A stretch of DNA of 61,806 nt, the filler included, from Choristocarpus tenellus KU-1152 (lineage: Eukaryota; Protista; Phaeophyceae): NCBI GenBank assembly GCA_964200185.2. It is 12 parts of 12 records of this genome, joined end to end, with 100 filler letters (N's around TTAATTAATTAA, not from the genome) between each part and the next. Parts side by side here need not be neighbours in the genome. Positions count along the whole stretch, not along the records: positions 50,972 to 61,806 come from CAXNAD020002681.1; 11 more parts are not named here. One strand, written 5' to 3'. Numbering within the stretch: position 1 is the stretch's first letter; the number at the start of each line of letters is the position of its first letter. A program made the translations under genes and the position numbers. The notes beneath the pieces are model-generated. The model was given only the letters and a program-made list of their open reading frames with translations, had not been told where the DNA came from and searched no databases. Of this stretch, positions 51,166 through 61,806 are shown piece by piece.

Positions 51166-54100
51166 AGTTTTTTTAATTCGATGGAGCCCAACGAAACTAC
51201 TCGGCTACATACAACGAATGTTTCCCCCAGTAGTCCATGCCATTAGCCACTCCCGTCCACATCTCTAGGGTAACTTTGACCAATATACTAACCACACGAC
51301 ACTCCGCTATCTTTATTACATGAAAGATACAGATAATATACTGCCTCGTTGAACCCTATGTTAGTGAGATCAACCGAATGCTTGCAGCACTTGCCCCTAT
51401 TTACGGGGACACCCCGGAAAATGCCTTGCCAAATACTCAGGCCCCACGTCAAGCATGCGAAATTTGCCAATATCGTCGCTTCTATTAGTTGGATGTCATA
51501 TAGAGTGACAGTGAGCTTTTCAGCAGTTTCGTTAATATCTTCCAACTTTGGACAATACCAAAATCCGTTCAGCATAAATGAATAATGCTGTTCTATATTT
51601 TTCGTATTTGAAGCCTCCCAACTAAACACCTTTGCCTCCATGAGAATCGACATATAGTACATCAGATTTATGTTGAGGCTGCAAATAACTTACTCTGCAA
51701 CCCATTTCATTTCCCAGGCCACATACACGAACGCCGTGATTTTCGGGTCAACTGGTGGTTCCAAAAGAATTATAATCCCTGCTCTTCAACACCTCTCACT
51801 TTGGTCTTTCCCACACACTCGATAAGGTATCAGACCGATACTAGTGGCCCATGCTCTAGAAAGAGGTCCAAGGTTGGTATGAGATGCATCAACTTTGCTA
51901 ACATCCTTAACAACTTACCACACAAATACATCCTATTTTCCCCAAGGAGAATTCCCGTCACACAATCATTCCAATGTGGTGCTGTTGACTTTATTCAATG
52001 TAAGACAATTTCGTGGGGACGAAAATGTGCTCTTTCTACCATTTGCCAATAGATGACACGGTTACCTTTGCCAAATTCCCATTCCAGACGAACAAGAAGT
52101 GACCATTGCCAATTTTTGTTTGAAATGATACTCTCAACATTAGGTGCACCTGAAATCCTTCACTCTGGGCGAATATGGGTCAGAATTCGAAAATATACTT
52201 GTGCTGGAATTAAAAAAACAGACTTTGGGTAAAATGATAAATCGCACAACATCCCACATATCTCAGGGTGTAACACTGTTTTTTTAGAGCGTGTCCATCC
52301 CATTCTGCACCAAGTATTCTCCGTGTACAGTATCATAATACTTGGAAGTAGAAAATTGTTGGGTAATGTTGTTTCTTTTCTTCGACTTGCTCACAATACA
52401 CAGTACAATGCCACACTACTCGATTTTTCTTCTTGCTCTTTTGACGTCAACCAAAATTGCCTACACACGTAATTCTTTGACCTTTTCTGATAGAAAAAGT
52501 AAGCCAATCTGGTCAAAAGTTTACTCAATTAAGCCTGAGAATTTACTGTTATTTTTTTAATTCGACTGTAGTTGCAATCTGGTAAGAGGGATTGCTAAGA
52601 GAATCGCCCTAAGAACGAAACTCTCATCTTCCCATTTTCTTAGTTGGATCAAGTTTTGGCACATAGCCCACACACTGGCCGTGATGGACTTAGGTTAACC
52701 TTACGTTAACCCCATATTGATTAACCCCTGCGGTGAACCTTTCACAGTGACTGTCACTATTTCCCCTATAGTCTACAGCATCTGAAAACAAGGTGACATC
52801 ATTAAGGATACTTCTATCCACTTGGCTTGGGGGGAACTTAGATTCCGAACACGCAATCACCTCAGCCTGACTTTGAGAAGCTCATTGAATTCCTTCTTTG
52901 TCGTATTTTGCCCTCACTGGACCTTGATAAATCTTAGTTCTTACAAACAAATGGTCCTTACATTTGAAGGATTGTGGGTCTAAATTTGGGGGGAGGATAC
53001 CGCTTGAGTACAAATAAATCATTTCAGCCAATCATAAACAATATTGGCGACGTGCATCTAACATTAGTTCTAAGCATAGACCCCTGATCACTACCAACTC
53101 TGTTCCAGGAACGGTCAATACATTGCCACGTTTTCGACTGGACCAGATATTTGTGTGGATGATATCTTACCTGTTGTGGATTATTTAAGTTATTGGATGC
53201 CTTCAACAATTTGTTGATGAGTGGAAAATATGTACATATATATATGCTCTAATTTGATTCAATGTTGTATGTCGTGTTGTTCGGGGGGGTTGTAATCGAT
53301 ATTTGCCCTGCCCTAGATGAACATTGGTCGAGTTCATTATTTCCCGTATATCTGCATACGTGTATGTGCGGAGAAGACCCCGACCTCATATTCAGAAGGA
53401 GTCGATCTCGCGCGTTTCCTCCTTTATTTACCCACCACGACGCCCCCCCCGAATTTTCCTTCCCCACACCCCCCCTCTTAATTTCTTATTTTTACAGGAG
53501 AACAATTAATTGATGTTACTCAAACGGTTGGTGCATGACCAGGTCCATTCCCGTATTGCTCAAGTTTCTGATTAAACTTCTTTCCCTGCATTTCTGTTTC
53601 TATTTACAGTTTATGATTGATTGTGTTAGTCAATATTTCCACACTATCGGATTCTTGCCACTCCTCCTCTCAGGATGCACGCTGTTGCCTGCTATACAAA
53701 CAGGATTTTGAGAGTCTTCCTTTTTGTATTTGCTGATATTATATCTTTGTTATGCCTTGATGTATTTTTTTCTTATGGGAGAGAGACTTCCTAACTAGGG
53801 GCCACATGAAGGTGTCGGAGCAAGGGTGCGATGAGAGGCGTTTCGTTTTGGGCCTCGACGAGGGACATCCTTGTCGAGGTCTAAGTGTGCGCGAACACAC
53901 AGACAGGAAGGGAGGGTGGTTGGGAGGCTTTTTTCTCGCCTAAACCCTACACTTTAATCAAGTAACAGTGTATCTGTTGCGACTCTTGGTGATCCACAAT
54001 CCAGGGCTCGAATCCCAATATGAGCGCTCTTTCTTCAAAAAAAGAAAAAAATGGCGAATATGCCTTTATTTTTTTTAATCCGATGTCTATATCAAAGGTT

Positions 54101-54519
54101 ATGACGAGACAACCCCAGAGAGGTATAACCTATTCGTACCACTATACCACTTTTATGGACAACTGGTGAAGATAATCTCCAGGAGATGGACATTTACAGT
54201 GAGATGCTTTCTGTACGTGAATGTTTCAGAAGAGGATACGTCCTTCAAACCAAACACACAACTTACTACTACAACTTCGTAATTATATTAGTATGAATAG
54301 TATTAGAATGACATCAGTTTTACATAATATTTTTATGTCTTCCTCCCTTTCTGCTCTATGTTAATGAGGCGGATGTGAGTGGAAATATAACAACAAAACA
54401 TGGATAAACGTAGTACTCTGTTCCTTCTTCTTAGTAGGTTGGTCAGATAGACAATGCGAACATTCTACTGTACTATTTCTGATCAGTACCTGTGCTTGTT
54501 GATCCTGGTAACCTTGCAA

Positions 54520-57500
54520 ATGGTAGCATCGATTCTCAGGCAAGGGGGAGGTGGTCCGAAAAGTGCCTTTAGTTTTCTTCGTCTTCAGTGGACGAGGCCA
54601 GTTTCATCCCGTTGGTTTAACTCAATATCGGCTACGACCATGAGCTTCCAAGGCCCTCTCATCAACGCCAAGCAGGTGCGACAACCCACAGGTTAAAGCC
54701 ACACGAGCTAATATGCCAGTATCGAATGGGATGATAGTCTGCTAGTAAGCGCATTGTTTGCTTTAATACACCTCAGGTACTACGCTTGAGTTTTTATTGT
54801 GGGCGGGCCATTTGGTACTTCGATGCTCTCGATCTTGTTAGCTGACCCCACTTCAGCAAGAAGGAGAGGATATCTGATGGGGACCCGTTACCTTTTGGTT
54901 CATATCTCGTACTTCTTCAGGAGATCGGTTAATTGTCGTCGTAGATGGATAGCACTCTTGATCTTCCGTTCTGTCAGAATCCATATCCTCATTAGGATAT
55001 ATGTAGACTCTCTCGAGCATTCTACAACCCTCACGCATATGCCCGCCAATGCCTCATGCTCGCTTGTCCATGGGATCGCAGCTCATGAATTCGCTTGAAA
55101 CCTTCCCTGACACGATCCGATGCGTGGACGCATCTTGGCATCTTGGTAACAACCGCGATGCGCACAAGGAATTCTTGGAGGGGCATGTACCTGGCGCGAC
55201 GTTCTTTGACATCGATGATATCGCTGATAAGACCCTCCCCCTGCCACATATGTGAGGGAAGTTTCTAGGATACGGTTTTATGCGACTTGCCATTCCCAGT
55301 TGGTCTCATGCTCCTCACACTCAGCTTTGCCACCCGCATATTTGTATACCAATGCAAACAAAATACATGTAGCACTAATCGAACAGTTCGAAGCAGTGAA
55401 GGCAACTAGCCATTGAGAAGGGAGATCAGAGAGGGTAAGCGGCGATCTCAATGTCGCACTGAACATGGGCATGACGCGTGTAGGGATGTGGTTAACTAGA
55501 TGCAAGACCAATGAGTAAGACCAACTTCAATCAGTCAAGACAACTTGCCATTGCGAAGGGAGATCAATTAGGACAAGCGGCGATCTTAGTGTCGCATTGA
55601 AGATGGCCATGGTGCATGTAGGGATATAGTGAACTAGATGCAAGGCCAGTACGCACTTACAACACTCACTCATTACATTGAATATGCTGCAACACCTTCC
55701 AAATTCCACCAACATGGTACGTCTGTATATGCAAGTGAACAAAAGCCTGTAGGTCTTGAGAGCATGTAAGACAGGGTTACATGGACTCAAGGGCATTGTT
55801 TCAGTATCAAGACTGGAAATGAAGGTAAAGATCGGTAGATGCAGTTCCTATATTGGAGTCATAGAGGATTGATTTGAAAGGCCGACACTAAAAGCTGCAA
55901 GAAGGAAAGGAAGTTTCCAGGTGGATCTGTTCTACGGCAAAAGCTATTGGAATGATTTTAGCCTCTGCTTCCCACTTATTTCTTTAAAGTAAATCGTCTT
56001 TTTAGGTAACTTCCAGTGATATCAAACCCAAGACTCAATTCGTTCTGCAGTCCTCAACCCTCGACCATTGGCCTTGTCCTGACAGGCTTCCCTCAGAGGA
56101 GGTTTTCTCACGTCGGGTCTCTTCCATGGGTATCAACAATGACCACACCGTGGTGATCTACAACACAGCTGGGTCCTTCAGTGCCCCCCGGTGCTGGTGG
56201 ACATTTCGTTGCTTCAATCACAAAAAGGTTGGGGAAGATGTCCCCCTCACTATGCCATGTAGTGCATGGGTTTTCCTTTCAAGTATATCCCTGCCTTTTA
56301 CCCTTTGTCATTCCTTTTGTCTGTGCCCAGATGTGTGTGACTAAAGGGGTGTGCAGAAGATATCATGTTGCGGGCTGGTTTAATCACCGTCCATGCTTGA
56401 GAAGATGTCATAACAATTGGAGGGGGGGAGGTTCACTGGCAGATGCAATGCTGATGTTTACATGGACATTTGTGGACCTAGGCAAGTAGGAGAGGCCAAC
56501 TTATTGTGTATGTGCACACCACAGTGGTCATGTGAAATTTTCACACTTTGATTTATCACCAACTGGAATAGGCACAACGAATTATTCTCAGTCTCGAACC
56601 CCTCCACCAAATAGATGCTTTTTACTCCGGAGTACTTCATAAGTGATACCATAGAGCTGATTGCCACCTTCCCCTCTAAGCATCAAACCTTTTAAAGAGC
56701 TCTTGTCACCACCGACGCCATCAAAGGTGCATGTTCTTGATGGGGGGCTCCCTGCTTGGGTTGCGGAAGGGGGCATGTTGGAGGTTGGAGAGGAGAAGGC
56801 CGTGAGCACTCGGCCTTCTGCTGGACTGGTCCAGGCCTCTGGAAATGCTTGGAAGTTGAAGGAGAAGGGGTTCAAGTCTAGACTTAATCCAGCAATGCTG
56901 AGAAGCTGGCGTCAGGTGGGCAAATGATTTTCACAAGTGAATTTCATGAGACGCTATTATATCATTGCCATTGTTTTTACGCTCCATGAATAATATTTTC
57001 TTGGCATGGGTGAGGAGGAAGGGGAACAATGGATCGAATTCAGTACTGAGTGAGATTCATCTGTGTCCATGGTCTATTGCAGAGCACTAAAATGCCACCT
57101 TTTTTACATGGCCAAATCTTGCCTGCTGCAAATGCCCTGGGATGTTTTTGAGAGTTGCAGGGTGCTCATCGTTTGCGTTTGTTTTACCAAAAAAACTCCC
57201 TTTCAAATACACCCTGAAGGAACAGCACGTAGAAAGCCACCTGAACGCCCCTGTCGCCACCAGCACACAGTGGGGCTTGCATCAACATTAAACATTTTCA
57301 GAATAGAAACCTGCGCTGATGTAGTGATTGACCAGCAGTAATACTTGTGCTGATGTCAATTTCGGAACACATCCACGTTTGGGCGCACGTAGTGGACCGT
57401 GCCCCTCCACCCCTCCCCCTCACCGCTTGCTTGTTCCCACCATCGCACACAAGTTCCTGAGGATGTCTTGCAATCCCTTTGAAATCATAGTTTAAATTCT

Positions 57501-58357
57501 TGTGATGAGGCAGGCCACCATCATGTCTTGGGTTCAACAAACCCGACACAAATGTTCCTTGTTTTCCCGGCCCTATGCTGCTGCCAACTCCTCAAAACTA
57601 GGTGCTTGAGCAGAGTACGGGGGAGGGAGGCAAGGGTCAGATAGTGGATGCTCGCTCGCTTGGAAGGTTTCTGGCGCAGGTGCCGGAGCCACGGAAGGGT
57701 CTAGCTGGGGGCCACATTCCGAGTTCGCTTTGTGTCCCTTTCAACCACGTACTGGAGGAGGGGAACTTGGCGAAGTTCAGAACAGCAACGGAAATCCGCC
57801 AGGTGTGTTTTGGGCATATATCGAATCTGTGATTCGAACACCCAGAGGAGGGAATTTGGTGTGTGGAGGTAGCAGTCAGTCCTGTACGACCACCACCCCT
57901 GTGTACTGTCTGCAGTCTATGTCCGGTATCTGGGGAGTCTGCACTTGAGCTTCCAAAGTCAAGTGCCATATTGACTGAGAGGAGACTTGCTTCACAAGAA
58001 GCAGCAGCATTCAGACCAATGAGATGGTATAATGTATAGTCGGGGGGTATATTGCACGCACACTGAGCTAATTGGTTGCCAACTTTCTGCAATTCCATCG
58101 CGATTCTTCTTTTCTTGCCCCTTCCCCTTCCCTCCTCCCACGCCCACCAACCCTGTCTCATTCAGGTCTTTGAAGAAGCTGGGGTGGATGTGGACTCCTC
58201 CCTCCCTCTCATTGCCACCTGTGGCTCTGGGGTTACAGCAGCAGTGCTTGCGCTGGCCCTGGAAGTGGCTGGCAGGGATGCAGAAAGGTCTCCTGTCTAT
58301 GATGGTTCATGGACAGAATGGGGGTCCAGGGATGATCTGCCAAAAGTTGGTTCGTGA
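54520..58357 (+). CDS. MPST: 3-mercaptopyruvate sulfurtransferase (tandem rhodanese domains), ~349 aa; exons 54520-54675, 55082-55251, 56086-56227, 56727-56915, 57602-57802, 58166-58357
   Basis: DASWHL...GHVPGATFFDID...LPHM|LPS...SAPRCWWTF...|VHVLDGGLPAW...|VDARSLGRF...EPR...GHIP|...active-site CGSGVTA...VYDGSWTEW. All phases are compatible and the CDS totals 1050 nt. Confidence 0.95.
55398..55650. repeat. Diverged tandem duplication (~138 bp period) in MPST intron 2
   Basis: GCCATTG.GAAGGGAGATCA...AAGCGGCGATCT...TGTCGCA.TGAA...TGTAGGGAT...AACTAGATGCAAG occurs twice. Confidence 0.8.
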
Positions 58358-59616
58358 TTGTGTATGTATATGGACAGGGGGATGGAGGTAGGGCAGGGCA
58401 GGGCTGGAACAATTGGCAGTTGCAGTGGATGCAAAGATGAGAAAGGCTACTGTAGGTAGGGTGGGGTTGATTGCAGAAGTGATTGGAAAATAACTTGGTT
58501 GAGAAGAATGCCCATTGCCTTCTATTGTTCTTTTGTGATGTTTTTTGGTTTAGAGCCATCACGTAGCTGTGCATTGATGTTTGACTAGTTTGTCTTGGTC
58601 TGATTTGGGGTCATGGTTTGTTCATTGAGATTCGTGTGCAGTTCCTGTGATTCATTTTTGGGGGGTAGGTGTGTGTTTGGGATTCAAGTTTATGTCACCT
58701 GTGCAAGCATGCTTACTTTTTAAACTCCGGACTGAAGTGTCTTGTGTTTGTATTGCTAACTCTTGGAGTGCTTCATTATCAACTACCCTGGAGTATTTTC
58801 GTGTTTTGTATGTTTGCAGGGTGTGTAGGTTACGTCAATCTTATTGACCTGTCCAGGTGTTGTCCGTGGCTTATTTTAACACTCAATATTTCAGTATGAA
58901 GTTAGAGTTATGTTAGAGAAGTACATGCACCCCTTCCCAAGTAGTTGTTGATAGCTCTTGTATTGTTTAATACCTTGAGGGCTCAACCAACCGGTAACTC
59001 ACTTGAGAGGATACAAAAAATCACTTGGATTGCCTGCTGTTGATTTCCTGCTCAATTCTTGTGCACTCTATGGACATCAGATGATACAACTCTGACCAAA
59101 GACACCCTGCCAATCTCGCTGGAAAATTGTACTAGTAGCACTCACAAGAATGCATACTGGGAAGCTTGTCCTTATTAGTGTTACATTGTCTCTATTTTTG
59201 CCTAAGGATATCCTATCGGGCTGTTTTTTGTGGGGAGAAAAATTGTTTATATGCAGGGGAAGACAATGCCTTCCAATGTCTCCCAATCCCCCTAAGTTTA
59301 TTTTTAGCTTAGATGTCAAGAATTGAGAATGCATATACTAGTGATCTGAATCTTGACGATTCAACTGGCTTGATTAGTTAAGAGGAACCAAATAGCTGAA
59401 CTGGAAAGAGTATGATCGTTTGGGAGCTTTTTCAATCATAATACAATCCGAAGTGTGACTCCTCCACCCTATATATACTCTCTTGAATGGTTTTTATTGG
59501 TGTCTAATTTTTGTCACCCCTTTGGAGGTGACCCACCTACTTCCATGTGGAATGCAGGGGAAGCGTTTCTAGTCCTGTCTTTGTCTAAACAGAAGTGTGA
59601 CTAATGATCATGTCAG

Positions 59617-59876
59617 GAGTGAAAGTATCCTAGAGGGTACACGAGTTTCGCCCTGTTTGTCCATTTGGGGCTTTCCTTCGCACGTTTTTTTAATGACATT
59701 TTCCTACTCCGAAATGTTTTGGAGTAGGTAAAATGTGTATGTTGTGAATAGGTGTGTCTGGAACAAGGATATTGACACTCCCTAACAGACACGATAGCCA
59801 AAATTACATCAAAATCGCAACATTGGATTTTGCGTCCCAAACGAACGCAGCTCTACCCTCTGAGATACTTTGACTC
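59617..59876 (-). mobile_element. MITE family 2 copy (260 bp), TSD TCAG
   Basis: GAGTGAAAGTATCCTAGAGGGTA ... TACCCTCTGAGATACTTTGACTC, flanked by TCAG on both sides. Confidence 0.92.
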
Positions 59877-61545
59877 TCAGAGGTCACAGAACCTCATGTT
59901 TGCCACAGGATGTCACTACCCACAACTCACTACACATTTCACTGCCGTGGCTTTGGATCTGTCCGCTGAGACCTCCTGTGGATTCATATCTTGTCTTGCG
60001 TTGCCTTGTGCGCCTAACGTTCAATTTGATTGTTCGAAAATCGTCACTAGGTGATTTGGCCGTGGTCCTGTTTCTTTTCGGTTCTCAACACTAGTATGTA
60101 TACACATACATCTGATGTGTGTGTACAAATTATCCGTGTGTATATGATACCTCATGCACTGGTAGGATGCACACAAGATAACATATGCAGTCTAATGTAT
60201 TGTGTGTTGGTGGAGTGCATTTGGAAACGTTTGATGGTCATGGTGTTTTGACCTGTGTGCACGTATGTGTGTGCGTGTGTCGGTAGAGGGGTCGTGATCT
60301 TGCCTACTTTACGTCTTGAGTCTCCAGTGACCGTCCAATGAAAAAGTATCACTTTTAAATATTTTAACGTGGGAGTGTTCAGGGTAATGGTGACCTAGAA
60401 AATATTTTCTTGCTTGTCTTTCTTTCATGTTGCTTGCAGGAGATACATGGTTGAGGGTGTTGAACCAGAAAGTTACGTATCGTGCGTCATTTTCATCCTA
60501 ACAAGCAGGAAAGGGACAGGAACCTTCTAGCATGAAAACCCAACTGTGATATTTGTGTTGAACAAGCATATATATATACATTAAGACTATGGATACAGGA
60601 TACAACATCATCATCCGTAATTAGGAGTTGATGCCGATCAGGTATATTCACCCTGCACTTGAGGGCATAGGACCATCTCTATGAAATTTGCGTTTTCCAT
60701 GACCTGTGGCGTGACAGCGAAGGTTGAGGGTGTGAATGATGACATCAAATAGGGCATGGTATAAAGAAGAGTTGCGGGGAGCAACATACTTGAGTACTAG
60801 TTTCATTTCGACAATATTTAGGGTAGGCAGATTAAGACATGAAGGGCTGGGGGGTGTGACTAAGACCATCTTAGAACAAGAGTGGATAGCAGTCTATGAC
60901 CACGAAGCAGCAGTGAAATGTTACATGTGTTGCACACTTCACAAACCCCCACAAGAACGCACTACCGTAAGACCCGGGAGCACGTTGAACAGTGATCCGT
61001 ACTACAAACAGTTCGTCGTTCGATACAACAATGCCCGACTACGGTCTTCATAGTAGGAGACACTTATTGAACGTTCCTGTACAAGGTGCTGCGACCGGCA
61101 CACATGTCGCTTACTGCTGTCTACACGATAAAACACGTTGGCTGTTTGACTTGCCTCGCAAGCAGATGGATGCATAGCCCCTGCTTGGGAGAGGTGATGC
61201 CGGCAAACTCCTCGCGACTCAGATAGCTCAGTGTGACCGCGTTGCGGTCGACCTGTGGTGACGAGGTCTCACACACTTCCTTCAGTACCTCGAAGGACTC
61301 TGGTTGAAGGGACTTTACGCCTTGCTGCCAGTTTCGTAGAGTTGTTTTCGGTGGGGGAGTAACACCCACCTTCGTGATGGGCAGAAAAGGAAAAATATGA
61401 TGCACCCAGTCAGCCAGGATGAGGCATCATTATTACCACGCCAACGGGGTATGTATGAGTGTGGGGGGGGTGTTATCAGCGGCCTGGCCTAACAATAAAA
61501 CAAACAAGAACGCTTTTTATTGTTCGCGTGTATACAACACAGACA

Positions 61546-61806
61546 GAGTGAAACTATCTTAGAGGGTACGAATTTTTCCCTGTTTGTCCATTTGTGGGGC
61601 TTGGCTTCCCATGGATTTTTTTATGACATTTTCCGACTCCAAAATGTTTCGTAGTAGGTAAAATATATACATTTGTAGGGCTTGGCTTGCCATGGGTTTT
61701 TTTATGACATTTTCCAAAATGTTTCGTAATAGGTAAAATGTATACATTTGTAGGGCTTGGCTTGTCATGGGGTTTTTTTATGACATTTTCCGACTCCGAA
61801 ATATTT
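61546..61806 (-). mobile_element. MITE family 2 copy with internal tandem amplification of a ~75-80 bp unit, running off the window
   Basis: GAGTGAAACTATCTTAGAGGGTAC, then GGGCTTGGCTT..CATGG...TATGACATTTTCC three times. Confidence 0.85.

Noticed and set aside
61121-61405. Exon-like minus-strand frame VGVTPPPKTTLRNWQQG...
   Set aside because: A single unassigned candidate exon with an uncertain donor site.

Overview
Eukaryotic, intron-rich DNA. The window is not contiguous: 12 short contigs are joined by 11 artificial 100-nt N spacers carrying TTAATTAATTAA. GT-AG introns, interstitial TTAGGG repeats and the gene and repeat content suggest a stramenopile, possibly an early-diverging brown alga (inference only). 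Genes reconstructed by hand: complete aminoacylase-1 (4 coding exons), complete 3-mercaptopyruvate sulfurtransferase (6 exons), partial USP4/11/15-like deubiquitinase, partial cytosolic carboxypeptidase (M14D), the 3' end of an SLC25A33/36 (Rim2)-like carrier, a coiled-coil gene fragment, a large protein with at least 9 tandem Tudor domains plus EF-hands, and a variant U2 snRNA. Mobile DNA is abundant: related MITE families with AAAGTATC-containing termini (one with GAG...CTC ends and 4-bp TSDs, Sola2-like), a probable Sola-type transposase start preceded by an AT-rich array of hairpin repeats, CRE-type non-LTR fragments, and two RT-deleted Ty1/copia elements forming a near-perfect inverted repeat. 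No prokaryotic or CRISPR system is supported. The best candidates for undescribed biology are the Sola-like element with its hairpin array and MITEs, the Tudor/EF-hand protein, and the RT-less copia pair.
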